In this document: one piece after another, positions 39,618 through 50,376 of the stretch
Layout of the letters: the number at the start of each line of letters is the position of its first letter
Position numbering within the stretch: the first letter of the stretch is position 1
NCBI GenBank assembly: GCA_963718525.1
Contig: OY970355.1
Coordinates: forward strand, 2,720,001 to 2,784,000
DNA: 64,000 nt
Reading direction: 5' to 3'
DNA from: Candidatus Dormiibacterota bacterium
Lineage (GTDB): Bacteria > Chloroflexota > Dormibacteria > Aeolococcales > Aeolococcaceae
The notes under the pieces: generated by a model
The model's database searches: none
The model's input: only the letters and a program-made list of their open reading frames with translations
What the model was told of the DNA's origin: nothing
Program-made: the position numbers and the translations under genes

Positions 39618-39771
39618 CCAAGAACCTCCGCTATGTGCGCTAGCGTACCTCCGCCAAAGGTCACGTGCCCATCTGCTTTACAGAGTGCCGTGTTGCGCAG
39701 TACTCTCCGTTTGACCCGCCAGCGTCGTGCGACGCGTTCGCGAGTCCGGGGGGATGGGAGCACTTACTTGG

Positions 39772-39810
39772 GGGGCCGACGTTCGGGGGAGCGTCGGCCT
39801 CATTCTTATT
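39772..39810 (+). terminator. GC-rich hairpin, likely terminator
   Basis: GGCCGACGTTC-GGGG-GAGCGTCGGCC followed by ATTCTTATT. Confidence 0.5.
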
Positions 39811-39816
39811 GGAACG

Positions 39817-40647
39817 CTACCCGCCGACCTCGACCGGACGGGCCGGGTCGGTGATCCACTCGCTCCAGGATCCGGCGTAGAGCGCCGCATCGATGCCGGC
39901 GAGGCCCATCGCGAAGACGCCCTCAGTCGCGACGACCCCGGACCCGCAGTAGACGGCCACCTGTTCGCCCGGCGCAACTCCGATCACGGCGTAGCGGTCC
40001 CGCAACGCTTCCGGGGAGAAGAAGGTGCCGTCAGAGTGCTGAGTCTGCTGAGCAGGAAGGTTGCGAGCGCCTGGAATATGGCCCGCGATCGGGTCGACCA
40101 GCTCGATCTCACCGCGGAAGCGCTCCGGGGCGCGCGCATCCACCAGGACCCCGGTTCGCGCCATCGTCGCCGCACCCTCGGCGTCGAGCAGCGGCATACC
40201 GCCGGGAATCGCAACGAAGTCGCCGGCGACGGGACCCGAATCAACGCCCTCCTCCACCGGGAGCCCCGCCGCCGTCCATGCCGCATAGCCGCCATCGAGC
40301 AGGGCGACGTTGCTGTGGCCGAAGTACCGCAGCAGCCACCACGCTCGCGCCGCCGAGGTGCTGGTCGCGGCGTCGTACACGACGACCGGGCGCGAACGAT
40401 CCACGCCGTGGCGCCGCATCGCCGCGCCAAATGAGGCAGCGTCCGGCAATGGATGGCGTCCCGGACCCGGCGTCCCGCTGAGCTCACGGTCAAGATCGAC
40501 GAACTGAGCGCCTGGGATGTGGCCCGATCGGAAGTCACCCTCGCCTGAGGGCCCTCCCAGTGTCCAGCGCACATCGAGCACGACGGGCGGGTGGTCGGTC
40601 GCAATTCGTGCTTCGAGTTCGTGACAATCGATCAGGAGCGATACCAT
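39817..40647 (-). CDS. sulfurtransferase (tandem rhodanese)
   Basis: GHIPGA twice, GRHPLP, ARAWW, YCGSGV and YAGSWSEW. Confidence 0.9.
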   Translation of the reverse strand: MVSLLIDCHELEARIATDHPPVVLDVRWTLGGPSGEGDFRSGHIPGAQFVDLDRELSGTPGPGRHPLPDAASFGAAMRRHGVDRSRPVVVYDAATSTSAARAWWLLRYFGHSNVALLDGGYAAWTAAGLPVEEGVDSGPVAGDFVAIPGGMPLLDAEGAATMARTGVLVDARAPERFRGEIELVDPIAGHIPGARNLPAQQTQHSDGTFFSPEALRDRYAVIGVAPGEQVAVYCGSGVVATEGVFAMGLAGIDAALYAGSWSEWITDPARPVEVGG

Positions 40648-40766
40648 TGCTACAGGATCCCCCAGTGACGCGGGCGGACGAAACCTCAGAGAGGGCGATG
40701 GCGTTACCTGTCCGACTGCCGCGTGCAATCGCGTCATGAGACCGAACAATGGTACGGTGGAGATGC

Positions 40767-42053
40767 ATGGCTGACCAGACTTGGCGGAGCCGCGGAGGCC
40801 TATTGCTCGCTGGAGGTGTTGCCCTCGGCGGATTGCTCCTCACGTCGTGTGCGCTGCCGGGTACGTCGACGTCACCTGGCAGCATCGGAACCATCCACGT
40901 GGCTGGACCGCCCGCCGTCGCCGCCCCTCCAACCATCGTCGTGACCCCTTCAAACTCCGCACAGGGCGTGGGCCTTGACGCTCCGGTGGTTGTGACCGTC
41001 AGCACCGGCCACCTCGACACCGTCGCATTGAGCGAGGCCGGCTCGTCGACAGCGTTCCCGGGTGTCCTTGCGCCGGACGGCCAGTCCTGGGAAATGACCC
41101 AGCCGCTCGACCAGGGCGCGCATTACACAGTTGTCGCCACCGCCACGAGCACCGCCGGTTCCACATCGACGTCGACGTCGACGTTCGTCACCACCACGGC
41201 AAAGGGCCGCCTGCTGACCGGGATGACCCCGCTCGACGGGGCGGTCGTCGGCGTCGGTGAGACCATCGATCTGCGCTTCAACACCTCCATCCCCGCGAGC
41301 GAGCGCGCCGCTCTGCTCGAGCGCATCCAGGTCACGTCAACGCCGGCAGTTATGGGCGGCTGGCACTGGCTCACCGCGAACGTCGTCCACTTCCGCCCCG
41401 CCACGTTCTGGCCGTCAGGCACCAAGGTCACGGTCACTGCGAACCTGAAAGGGTTCAACGCGGGGAACGGGATCTGGGGCCTCGCCGGATGGACATCGAG
41501 CTTCAGCGTCGGCGCGAAGCACCTGTCGATCATCAACAACCTCACGCACACCATGCAGGTGTTCAACAACGACAAGCTGATCGCGACCTATCCGGTGAGC
41601 CTCGGCAAGGGCGGCTTCGCCACCATCCAGGGGACCTTGATCGTCCTCTACAAGACGCCGGTCGTTGTCATGAAGTCCTGTCCGACGTTCCATACGCCGG
41701 CCGCCTGCATTCCCGGTGGCGCTCAGTATTACGACGATCCGGTATACGAAGACACGGCCATCTCGACGAGCGGGTATTTCATTCACGCGGCGCCGTGGTC
41801 GGTGGGCTCACAGGGTCGGGCTGACGTGTCGCACGGTTGCGTGAACCTGAGCAACGCTCGCGCCACCACGTTCTACAACTGGAGCATCCCCGGCGACGTC
41901 GTCCAGATCGAGAACACCGGATACAACGCGAGCTATTCCGACGGCGAGGGCGACTGGCAGCTGCCATTCGCAGCCTTCTCGAACACCGCTGGACTTGGTG
42001 CGGTGTGGACTGCTCCCGTCAGCGTCGCCTCCCTGCCCGGCCAGGTCTCCTGA
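40767..42053 (+). CDS. L,D-transpeptidase lipoprotein with Ig-like domains
   Basis: Lipobox LTSC; FIHAAPWS...SHGCVNL catalytic motif. Confidence 0.9.
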   Translation: MADQTWRSRGGLLLAGGVALGGLLLTSCALPGTSTSPGSIGTIHVAGPPAVAAPPTIVVTPSNSAQGVGLDAPVVVTVSTGHLDTVALSEAGSSTAFPGVLAPDGQSWEMTQPLDQGAHYTVVATATSTAGSTSTSTSTFVTTTAKGRLLTGMTPLDGAVVGVGETIDLRFNTSIPASERAALLERIQVTSTPAVMGGWHWLTANVVHFRPATFWPSGTKVTVTANLKGFNAGNGIWGLAGWTSSFSVGAKHLSIINNLTHTMQVFNNDKLIATYPVSLGKGGFATIQGTLIVLYKTPVVVMKSCPTFHTPAACIPGGAQYYDDPVYEDTAISTSGYFIHAAPWSVGSQGRADVSHGCVNLSNARATTFYNWSIPGDVVQIENTGYNASYSDGEGDWQLPFAAFSNTAGLGAVWTAPVSVASLPGQVS

Positions 42054-42084
42054 CCACCGCTCCGGCCGGCCAGGGCTGCTGAGG

Positions 42085-43074
42085 GTGCGCGCCGTCGTCG
42101 TTGCAGCGCCGGGCGGTCCTGAGCAACTGCACGTCGAGGAGATCCCCGACCCGGTAGCCCGCCAGGGTGAAATCGTCGTCCGGGTCGCCGGTGCGGGTGT
42201 GAACCGCGCCGATCTGCTGCAACGCAAGGGCTTCTACCCACCCCCGCCGGGCGCCAGCGAGATCCTCGGGCTCGAGGCGGCGGGCACCGTGGCAGATGTC
42301 GGTCCTGGAGTCGACTCACTCGCATCTGGAGACCGGGTCATGCTCCTCGTCGAGGGCGGCGGGTACGCCGAGCTCGTCGCGGTCCGTGCTGCCCAGGCTG
42401 TTCGCGTTCCCGCCAATCTCGACCTGATCGAGGCAGGAGGCATTCCCGAGGTGTTCGTCACGGCGCACGACGCGCTGTTCACGCGCGGACGCCTGCGAGA
42501 TGGCGAGACCGTGCTCATACACGGCGGTGGCGGCGGGGTCGGCACGGCGGCGATTCAACTCGCGCGCCAGCATGGCTGCCGTGTTCTGGTGACGGCAGGC
42601 TCCGCCGAGAAGCTGCAGCGGTGCCTTGCACTCGGGGCCGACTTCGGCATCAATTACCGGACGGAAGATTTTGTTGCCCGTACGCGCGACCTCACCGATG
42701 GACGCGGCGCTGATCTGGTGCTTGACATCATGGGAGCGTCATATCTCGGCAAGAACCTTGATGTCGCGGCGACTGATGCGCGCATCGTGGTGATCGGGAT
42801 GCAGGGCGGCAACCATGGCGAGATCGACCTCGGGCTGATGATGCGCCGCCGGATCTCGCTGATCTCCACCAGCTTGCGCGCCCGTCCTGCCGACCAGAAG
42901 GCGGTGATCGTCGCCGCGTTCGCGGCCGAGGTGCTGCCCGCACTCGCCGACGGCCGTCTCCGGCCGGTGGTGGATCGCGTGCTTCCGCTGGAAGCTGCGG
43001 GTGAAGCGCACCGGCTCATGGAAGCCGGTGAGCTCGTGGGCAAGATCGTGCTCGACGCGTCGCCCCGTGCCTGA
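42085..43074 (+). CDS. NAD(P)H-quinone oxidoreductase (PIG3/zeta-crystallin family)
   Basis: GVNRADLLQRKG.YPPP, GLEAAG and HGGGGGVG motifs. Confidence 0.9.
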   Translation: MRAVVVAAPGGPEQLHVEEIPDPVARQGEIVVRVAGAGVNRADLLQRKGFYPPPPGASEILGLEAAGTVADVGPGVDSLASGDRVMLLVEGGGYAELVAVRAAQAVRVPANLDLIEAGGIPEVFVTAHDALFTRGRLRDGETVLIHGGGGGVGTAAIQLARQHGCRVLVTAGSAEKLQRCLALGADFGINYRTEDFVARTRDLTDGRGADLVLDIMGASYLGKNLDVAATDARIVVIGMQGGNHGEIDLGLMMRRRISLISTSLRARPADQKAVIVAAFAAEVLPALADGRLRPVVDRVLPLEAAGEAHRLMEAGELVGKIVLDASPRA

Positions 43075-43942
43075 GGCCGACCTCTGGGCGACGTGGTTGC
43101 GTACAGGCCGCGACGGCGGCAGTGCGGCAATGCGCGCGGAGAATCTCGGCCGCCTGGCGTCTGTGCGTGACCGCATCCTCGATCGTGCCGAGATCCAGCC
43201 CGGCGAGACGGTGCTTGACGTCGGCACCGGCCAGGGCCTGCTCGGTCTCGGCGCGCTCGAACGGACCGGAGCAGAGGGCCGGGTCATCTTCTCCGACATC
43301 TCGGACGCACTCCTCGACAACTCGCGTGGAGCCGTCGGCTCGATTGGGGCCGCCGAACGCGCAACCTTCGTGCGAGCGGCGGCCACCGACCTGTCACCGA
43401 TCGCCAGCGCCTCGGTCGACGTCCTCGTCGAGCGCGCAGTGCTCCTGTTTGTCGAGGATCGGGCACGTGCCTTTGCGGAGTATCACCGGGTGCTGAGCTC
43501 AGGAGGTCGCATCTCAATCGCGGAACCGATCAACAGCTGGATGAGCGCCGATCGGCCCGGGTATCTCTGGGGCTACGACGTCACTGATGTCACCGACCTC
43601 GAGCGCAAGCTGCACGATGCGGACCGCGCCGCCAATGCGACGGAATGGCAGCTCCTCTGCGGCTTCGATGATCGCGACCTGATCGCGATGGCGCGCACCG
43701 CCGGATTCGGTCGCGTCGAGGCCAACACTGAGCTGGCGATCGCTCCACCGCCGGCGCGAGACGACCTCGATGTGTTCCTCGATACCGCCCCGAATCCGCT
43801 CGCGCCCACCACGCGCGCGCTCATGGCGGCAGCCTTCACTGCGCGCGAGGCGGAGCGATTCACCGCGGCGCTGGGCGACGCGATGCGTGAGGGCCGAGGG
43901 GAGCGCCGCCACGCCATGACATATCTCCGAGCCTGGCGATGA
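43067..43942 (+). CDS. class I SAM-dependent methyltransferase
   Basis: VLDVGTGQG motif I and RVLSSGG. Confidence 0.85.
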   Translation: MPEADLWATWLRTGRDGGSAAMRAENLGRLASVRDRILDRAEIQPGETVLDVGTGQGLLGLGALERTGAEGRVIFSDISDALLDNSRGAVGSIGAAERATFVRAAATDLSPIASASVDVLVERAVLLFVEDRARAFAEYHRVLSSGGRISIAEPINSWMSADRPGYLWGYDVTDVTDLERKLHDADRAANATEWQLLCGFDDRDLIAMARTAGFGRVEANTELAIAPPPARDDLDVFLDTAPNPLAPTTRALMAAAFTAREAERFTAALGDAMREGRGERRHAMTYLRAWR

Positions 43943-45483
43943 GCCCCGCCCCCCACGACATCAGGTGGGACGTGGTTGTCGTCGGCGCGGGCCACAACGG
44001 ACTGACCGCCGCCGCCTACCTCGCGCGGGCCGATCGCACCGTGCTCGTGCTGGAGGCTCGTGACCGTATCGGCGGCGCGTGTACTCTCGATCATCCATTC
44101 GAGGACGCGGGATTCATCGTGAGCCCCTGCGCGTATCTCGTCGGTCTCCTCCATCACCGCGTCATCGACGAGCTCGACCTGCGCCGTCATGGCTATCGCG
44201 TGCACCTCGTCGACCCGCATCTGTGGTGCCCGTTCGACGACGGGACGGCACTGACGCTCTGGGATGACTCGGCGCGCAACCACCAGGTTGTCGCTGCGAT
44301 GAGTCCGGGAGACGCCGACGGTTACACCCGGTACGAACAGCTCTTCGGACGCATTCGACGCGCGCTCCGCACCGAGCCGCACGACACCTGGATCGGCGAC
44401 GCGCCGGATCGACCGGCACTCGAGGAACTGCTCCACCACGATCCGGAGCTTGTCGAGGTCATGTTCGAGGAATCGATCGCATCCGTCATCGAACGCCACG
44501 TCCAGGATGAGCGCCTGCGCACCGCCCTGCACGGCCAGGGATTGATCGGGACCTGGGCCGGGCCGCGCGATCCCGGGACCGCTGCGATTCACGCGATGCA
44601 CTCCATGGGCACCATCGAGGGACGGGAGGGCGCCTGGGGTTACGTGCAGGGCGGGATGGGTAACGTCTCGTTCGCTCTGGCCCGCGCAGCGGAGGAGGCC
44701 GGCGCCGTCATCCTGCGCGATGCGCGGGTTGCCGAGATCGTCCCGGGCGAAGCGGTGGTGCTCGAGGACGGGTCACGGATCCATGCCCGGACGATCGTCT
44801 CCAACGCGGACCCGCGAACCACGCTCCGCCTGCTCGCCGACGCTCCCCATGCCTTCGCCAAGAAGGTGCGCGACTGGCACATGGAAGGGCCGGTCCTCAA
44901 GATCAACTGCGCGCTGTCGCGGCTGCCCACGTTCACCGCCGCAGGACCCGACGACGCTCCGCATCGAGCGATGGTCACGATCGCGCGAAGCCTCGATGAG
45001 ACCCAGGCCGCATACGAGCGAAGCCGCGCCGGCGTGCCCGCACCTCGTTGGGCCGAGTTGTACTTCCACTCCGCGTACGATCCGTCCGTGGCGCCCGAGG
45101 GGAAGCACATCATGAGCGTGTTCGCCGAATACGCGCCGTACACGCTTGCCGACGGGTCGTGGGATGAACGACGCGAGGGGGTGGCCGACGAGGCATTTGC
45201 GGAGATCGCGCGCTTCGCGCCGGACATCGTTGACTGCGTCATCGCGCGCGAGGTGCTCGCGCCCCCTGACATCGAGCTGGCGGTGGGGCTTTCCGGCGGC
45301 CACATCTTCCAGGGCGAGTGCCTCCCCGATCAGATGTGGGATCGCCGCTTCTCCCCGCGCACGGGGATTGCGGGCCTGTACATGTGCGGGGCGAGCACCC
45401 ACCCCGGAGGCAGCGTCATCGCGATCAACGGGCGCAACTGCGCCATGGCAGTCCTCGCCGACACCTCCGGCAACCGAAGCTAA
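43939..45483 (+). CDS. phytoene desaturase family FAD-dependent oxidoreductase
   Basis: VVGAGHNGL, EAR..IGGA, GGMG and GASTHPGG motifs. Confidence 0.88.
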   Translation: MSPAPHDIRWDVVVVGAGHNGLTAAAYLARADRTVLVLEARDRIGGACTLDHPFEDAGFIVSPCAYLVGLLHHRVIDELDLRRHGYRVHLVDPHLWCPFDDGTALTLWDDSARNHQVVAAMSPGDADGYTRYEQLFGRIRRALRTEPHDTWIGDAPDRPALEELLHHDPELVEVMFEESIASVIERHVQDERLRTALHGQGLIGTWAGPRDPGTAAIHAMHSMGTIEGREGAWGYVQGGMGNVSFALARAAEEAGAVILRDARVAEIVPGEAVVLEDGSRIHARTIVSNADPRTTLRLLADAPHAFAKKVRDWHMEGPVLKINCALSRLPTFTAAGPDDAPHRAMVTIARSLDETQAAYERSRAGVPAPRWAELYFHSAYDPSVAPEGKHIMSVFAEYAPYTLADGSWDERREGVADEAFAEIARFAPDIVDCVIAREVLAPPDIELAVGLSGGHIFQGECLPDQMWDRRFSPRTGIAGLYMCGASTHPGGSVIAINGRNCAMAVLADTSGNRS

Positions 45484-46964
45484 CGACCCAGCCTCAGCGC
45501 GTTGCGGATCACGCTTATCTCCTCGCGATCGGCGACGCGGAGTGCGAGCAGCACCCCGCCATAGATGAGCCCAGACGCCACCACGATCACGAAGAGCAGG
45601 ACGCGGCTCTGATGGGGGTTGGCGACGTAGATGAACGCGCCCATCACCACCCCAGCGACCACTGCCTTCCAGGAGGTGCTCAGCAGGTCGATGGTCCCTA
45701 GCTGCGCCCGCAACACGAACCACCCGACCACCACGAGCGCTGCCTCGGTGACCACCACCGCCCAGCTGGCACCGAGGTACCCGAAGCGTGGGATCACGAC
45801 GAGGTTGACAGCAACGTTGATCACCAGCCCCACCATGGCAACGAAGGCGAACACGTTCTGTTTGTCGATGGCGTTCAGGGTGGCAGCGAACGTATTGTCG
45901 GCGAACATGAATACGATCGCGAGCGAGAGGATCTGCAACGCGGGCTCAGACCCCGCGTAGAGGTGGAGCAGGCTGTTGAACTGCGGGGCGAGCAGGAAGA
46001 CTCCGACGGTGATCGGCCACCCGAGGATCACGAGCGCCTTGAAGAACTTCTCAGCGAGCGGGAGCACCCGCTCGGGTGATCGCCGGTGGTACACCGCGAG
46101 CACCGGAAAGACCACGCTGCGCAGGGCGAATGGAATGAACAGGAGCGATTCAAACGGCTTGTACGCGAACGTGTAGTACCCCACCTCGCTGTACGGCCGG
46201 AAACGCTGCAGGATCGGGACATCGACCTTGAAGTACACGGTTGTAATGATGAATGTGATGCCGAGCGGCACCGCGACCCGTACCCACGAGAGGAGCAGTC
46301 CGGGCTCGAGTTGGAGCCCTGGTCGGAGCACTCCCATCACCATGAGGACGACTCCGAAGTACACACACGCGAACGCGTAGCTGATCGCATACGCCCAGAG
46401 AAAGAACCCTGTGTCGGCATTGATGTGGACACCGATGACCACGAGGGCGAAGACGATCAGCGTCTCGGGGACGATCTCAATGATCTCGAATGTGAGGCGC
46501 TGCAAGGCGTAGAGGCTGTTGCGGAGCAGCAATTGATAGCCCGACAGCACAAGGATCGCAAACGACGGCCACAGCAACGAGCGGACGCCCGCGACATACA
46601 GAGCCGCAAAGAGCAAAGGAAGTCCAATTGCGGCTCCAACCAGCTTGAGCGAAGCCACGTTGTTCCAGTACCGAGCCAGCTGATCCGGGTTGCGCGCGCC
46701 TTCGCGCACGTATAGGGCAGAGAACCCGAGGTCGGTCACGGTGCCTGCCAACCCGACGTAGGTGACCGCGGTCTGCATCTCGCCGAACCGGGTCGGGTCG
46801 AGGTAGTTGCCGATGATGATCACGGCAATGAGCGCGATGATCCGCGAGATCACACGCACCACGAGGATGAGGATCGTGTTGCGCAGCGCCCTCATCCCGA
46901 GACCGCCCGGCATGTCCGGCGTCGCCGCGCCGGGCGCCGGGGCTTCGTCCTGCAAGGCGCTCAT
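45480..46964 (-). CDS. Wzx-type oligosaccharide flippase
   Basis: Multi-TM; DLG, VG.Y..AY and IPRFGYLGA motifs. Confidence 0.85.
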   Translation of the reverse strand: MSALQDEAPAPGAATPDMPGGLGMRALRNTILILVVRVISRIIALIAVIIIGNYLDPTRFGEMQTAVTYVGLAGTVTDLGFSALYVREGARNPDQLARYWNNVASLKLVGAAIGLPLLFAALYVAGVRSLLWPSFAILVLSGYQLLLRNSLYALQRLTFEIIEIVPETLIVFALVVIGVHINADTGFFLWAYAISYAFACVYFGVVLMVMGVLRPGLQLEPGLLLSWVRVAVPLGITFIITTVYFKVDVPILQRFRPYSEVGYYTFAYKPFESLLFIPFALRSVVFPVLAVYHRRSPERVLPLAEKFFKALVILGWPITVGVFLLAPQFNSLLHLYAGSEPALQILSLAIVFMFADNTFAATLNAIDKQNVFAFVAMVGLVINVAVNLVVIPRFGYLGASWAVVVTEAALVVVGWFVLRAQLGTIDLLSTSWKAVVAGVVMGAFIYVANPHQSRVLLFVIVVASGLIYGGVLLALRVADREEISVIRNALRLGR

Positions 46965-47022
46965 TCTATCCGCGCCTCAGCGCAGTGCCCGCCGCTGATC
47001 GCGGCCGATACACTGCGACCCC

Positions 47023-48744
47023 ATGCCTGACGTCGCGGCCGAGCGACCTCGCGGCGACGCCGAGCCACGTAACGACGGCGGCGCGCTGATGGCGCGAACC
47101 CTCCGTGAACGGGGCGTGACCACCGTTTTCGCCCTTCCCGGCGGACACATCCTGCCCTTTCTCGACGCCTGCATCGACGCGGACATCAGGGTTATCGATA
47201 CCCGCCATGAGGGCGCCGCGGTCCTCGCCGCCGAGGGGTGGGCGCTGGCGACCGGGGACACCGGGGTCGCCGCGGTTACCGCCGGACCGGGGTTCGCGAA
47301 CGGCCTGATCGGGCTTGTTGATGCGGCGGTCTGGAGCGTTCCTCTGGTGATGCTCGGCGGTCGCACCAGCCGCAACCGGCAGGGCCGCGGTGCGGTCGCC
47401 GACGTGGACCAGCGCTCCATCGCTGCACCGATCGCAAAGTGGGCGGCGAGCTGCACCGACACCGGACGGATACCCCGGTACGTCGCCGAGGCGCTGCATC
47501 GAGCGCGAAGTGGCTGCCCCGGCGGCGTGTATCTCGAGGTGGATTCTCATGCCCTGTACGGAAAGGCGGCTCCCCTCGAGGTCACTGCGACCGGCTTTCC
47601 CGAGGCTCCTCTCCGCCAGGCGGGCGCTCCCGCAGACGTCGGAGCTGCGGTTGCCGCACTCGCGGCGGCGGAGCGGCCGATCATCATCGCCGGAAGTGGC
47701 TCGTTCTGGTCGAATGCCGGCGCCGAGATCGGCGGGTTCGCGGAGCGCGCTCGGATTCCGGTGATCACCGCGAGTGCAGCGCGTGGGGTGGTGCCGGATT
47801 CGCATGCCTGGAGCCTCGGTTCGCTGGTCCATGGAGGCCTTGCCATACCGACCGCCGATTGCGTGCTCGTGCTCGGCTCCGCATTCAACGCCAATGTCAT
47901 GTACGGCGGCGCTCCGCTTTTCGGTACGGAGCAGACGATCTTGCAGGTCGATATCGCACCTGAACGCATCGGCGGCAACCGAGCCGCGGACGTCATCGTG
48001 GTCGGCGACATCGCATCGGTGATGCGAGATCTCCGCGAAGCATGGACCGCCGCGCCGCCGGGCAGAGAAGAGTGGCTGGCCCGGGCGCGCTCGCTCGCCT
48101 CGGCGTCGCTCGACTTCTGGAACCGCCAGGTGGACGAGCACTCGGGTGATCTCCTGCACGCGGGAGCGGTCGCCCGCGAGCTCGCATCGTTCGTCCAGGG
48201 GCGATTCGGCGGCAATGCCACGCTCGTTGCCGACGGCGGGGATGCACTCGCCTGGGCGCTCGCGTATTTCGGAGCAGAGTTCCCCGGCAGGCTCCTGACC
48301 ACGACGACTGCGCTCGGGACGCTCGGAGTCGGCATGCCCTTTGCGCTGGCCGCGCAGGCGGCACGACCCGGCGAGCCCGTCTTCCTGTTCACCGGTGACG
48401 GCTCGTTTGGTCTCACCGCCATGGAGGTCAACACCGCAGTGCGCCACAAGCTCCCGGTTGTCGCGATCGTGTCGAACAATGCCGGCTGGGGCGACGTCCG
48501 ATACGAGCAGGACGAGCTCTTCGGCGCTGGACGGCACATCGCCAGCAACCTCCCGGCAGCACGCTACGACCTTCTTGCGGCGGCCCTCGGCGGCCATGGG
48601 GAGCACGTGGAGCGTCTTGCCGACCTCCGCCCCGCACTCGAGCGATGCATCGAAAGCGGGGTGTGCAGCGTCATCGACGTGCCGACCGACCCGACCGTCG
48701 TCTCCGAACTGCTCCGCATGGTTGCTCAGCTCGGGCTGATGTAG
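47023..48744 (+). CDS. thiamine pyrophosphate-dependent enzyme (acetolactate synthase-like family)
   Basis: TRHE, TAGPG and GDGSFG...NNAGWG TPP motif. Confidence 0.88.
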   Translation: MPDVAAERPRGDAEPRNDGGALMARTLRERGVTTVFALPGGHILPFLDACIDADIRVIDTRHEGAAVLAAEGWALATGDTGVAAVTAGPGFANGLIGLVDAAVWSVPLVMLGGRTSRNRQGRGAVADVDQRSIAAPIAKWAASCTDTGRIPRYVAEALHRARSGCPGGVYLEVDSHALYGKAAPLEVTATGFPEAPLRQAGAPADVGAAVAALAAAERPIIIAGSGSFWSNAGAEIGGFAERARIPVITASAARGVVPDSHAWSLGSLVHGGLAIPTADCVLVLGSAFNANVMYGGAPLFGTEQTILQVDIAPERIGGNRAADVIVVGDIASVMRDLREAWTAAPPGREEWLARARSLASASLDFWNRQVDEHSGDLLHAGAVARELASFVQGRFGGNATLVADGGDALAWALAYFGAEFPGRLLTTTTALGTLGVGMPFALAAQAARPGEPVFLFTGDGSFGLTAMEVNTAVRHKLPVVAIVSNNAGWGDVRYEQDELFGAGRHIASNLPAARYDLLAAALGGHGEHVERLADLRPALERCIESGVCSVIDVPTDPTVVSELLRMVAQLGLM

Positions 48745-48746
48745 CC

Positions 48747-49742
48747 ATGCGCGCAGTCCGGCTTGTCGAAGCGCACCGCCTCGAGCTCGTCGAGATTCCG
48801 ATCCCCGTAGCGACGCCCGGGGAGGTGGTGATCCGTGTCGACGGCTGCGGAATCTGCGGGTCGGACCTGACGTCGTACAAGGTGGGCTTGTTCACGGACG
48901 CCGTCCCCGGGCACGAGCTTGCAGGCGTCGTCGACGCCGTGGGCGACGGCGTGACCGGTTGGGCGGCCGGCGACACTGCCGTGGTCGATCCCAAGATCCC
49001 GTGCGGGGCCTGCGACGACTGCCGCAATGGAGCTTCGTACCGCTGTGCCATGGCGCTCACCGCCGGCATCGGGTTCGCGCGGGATGGCGGATTCGCCGAG
49101 TCGGTCGCGGTGCCCGCGTCGCTGCTGCACCGCATCCCGCCGGCTCTGGCGCTGGAACACGCGTGTCTGGTGGAGCCGCTGTCGGTCGCCATCCACGGCG
49201 TGGACCGAGCCCGCGTCGGTGCCGGCGAGCCGGTCGTGGTCATCGGCCTCGGTTCGATCGGGCTGCTCACGGTGGCTACTCTCCACGCGCGCGGTATCGG
49301 CCCGATCGTGGGGGTCGATCCGGTCTCGGATCGGCGCCTCCTCGCGCTCGATCTCGGCGCTACGATCGCGGTCTCCGAGATTCGCGAGGTGCGAAGCCAT
49401 GTCGCGCCGGTGCCGGCCGCCATCGAATGCTCGGGGTATGCGCCCCTCCTCCACTCGGCAGCGGACCTCGTCGCCCCCGGTGGCCGCCTCGTTCTCGTCG
49501 GCGTGCCGTTCGGAGAGGCGACGGTGATCCCGCTGATGTGGGTGACTCGTGAGATCGAGATCATCGGGAGCATCGCCTCGAGCACATCTGACTTCACCAC
49601 ATCCATCGATATGCTCGCCGGGGACCCCTCGATCGCGAGGCTCGCAACTCGCCGCGTCGCGCTGGCTCAGGTCCCCCAGGTGTTCGAGGAGCTGATCACG
49701 CCGTCTTCGGGCGGGAAGGTGATCGTCGACCCGCGGCTCTGA
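48747..49742 (+). CDS. zinc-binding alcohol dehydrogenase family protein
   Basis: CGICGSD, GHE, CGACDDC...C and GLGSIG motifs. Confidence 0.9.
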   Translation: MRAVRLVEAHRLELVEIPIPVATPGEVVIRVDGCGICGSDLTSYKVGLFTDAVPGHELAGVVDAVGDGVTGWAAGDTAVVDPKIPCGACDDCRNGASYRCAMALTAGIGFARDGGFAESVAVPASLLHRIPPALALEHACLVEPLSVAIHGVDRARVGAGEPVVVIGLGSIGLLTVATLHARGIGPIVGVDPVSDRRLLALDLGATIAVSEIREVRSHVAPVPAAIECSGYAPLLHSAADLVAPGGRLVLVGVPFGEATVIPLMWVTREIEIIGSIASSTSDFTTSIDMLAGDPSIARLATRRVALAQVPQVFEELITPSSGGKVIVDPRL

Positions 49743-50376
49743 CTGCAGGCTTCGCCGCGACGGCGACCGGCGCCGGAGCGACTGCGCGCCAGCAGTACCA
49801 CGCGGCTGTGCTCCGATACGGCCGGAAAGCGTCACCCAGCAGCTCGAGCGCCTTCGGGGTTGGCGGGGCGGTCATCTCGTGAATCCGCGCCCACCCGTTG
49901 CGCACACCGAGGTCATCGACCGGCCAGACGTCGGGACGGCGGAGCTGGAAGAGCAGGAACATCTCGGCCGTCCAGCGTCCGACACCGCGCACGGTGACGA
50001 GCCGCGCTACGATCTCGGCGTCGCTGAGCTTGGCGAGGTCATGCGTCGGCACCGTCCCGTCGACGAACTTCGCGGCAAGATCGATGATCGCGGCGAGCTT
50101 GTTGGCCGAGAGTCCGGCCGCTCGCATGGTTTCGGGGTTGGTGGCGAGAACGGCCTCCGGCGAGACCGGCGCCCCACCCAGCGCGGCGATCAGCCTTCCG
50201 TGAATCGCCCGCGCCGCAGCGCCGGCCAGCTGCTGCGCCACGATTGCGCTGAGCAGGGATTCGAACGCCGAGCCCGAGCCTGGACGCAGGTCCAACGCGA
50301 TGTTGCTCTCCACCACACGGCGGAACGCGGGGTCGGCCTTGACGATGTGCGCGGCCGCAGCGCTCAGCTTCGTCAC
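49696..50376 (-). CDS. alkA: DNA-3-methyladenine glycosylase II
   Basis: IVAQQL, HhH motif RGVGRWTAEM, DVWPVDD and PYRS. Confidence 0.85.
   Translation of the reverse strand: MTKLSAAAAHIVKADPAFRRVVESNIALDLRPGSGSAFESLLSAIVAQQLAGAAARAIHGRLIAALGGAPVSPEAVLATNPETMRAAGLSANKLAAIIDLAAKFVDGTVPTHDLAKLSDAEIVARLVTVRGVGRWTAEMFLLFQLRRPDVWPVDDLGVRNGWARIHEMTAPPTPKALELLGDAFRPYRSTAAWYCWRAVAPAPVAVAAKPAVRAAGRRSPSRPKTA

Noticed and set aside
39754-39790. MGALTWGAD... as a third WG micropeptide
   Set aside because: There is no nearby stop (the frame runs antisense through the sulfurtransferase to 40434), no GGAGG RBS and no transporter; likely chance.
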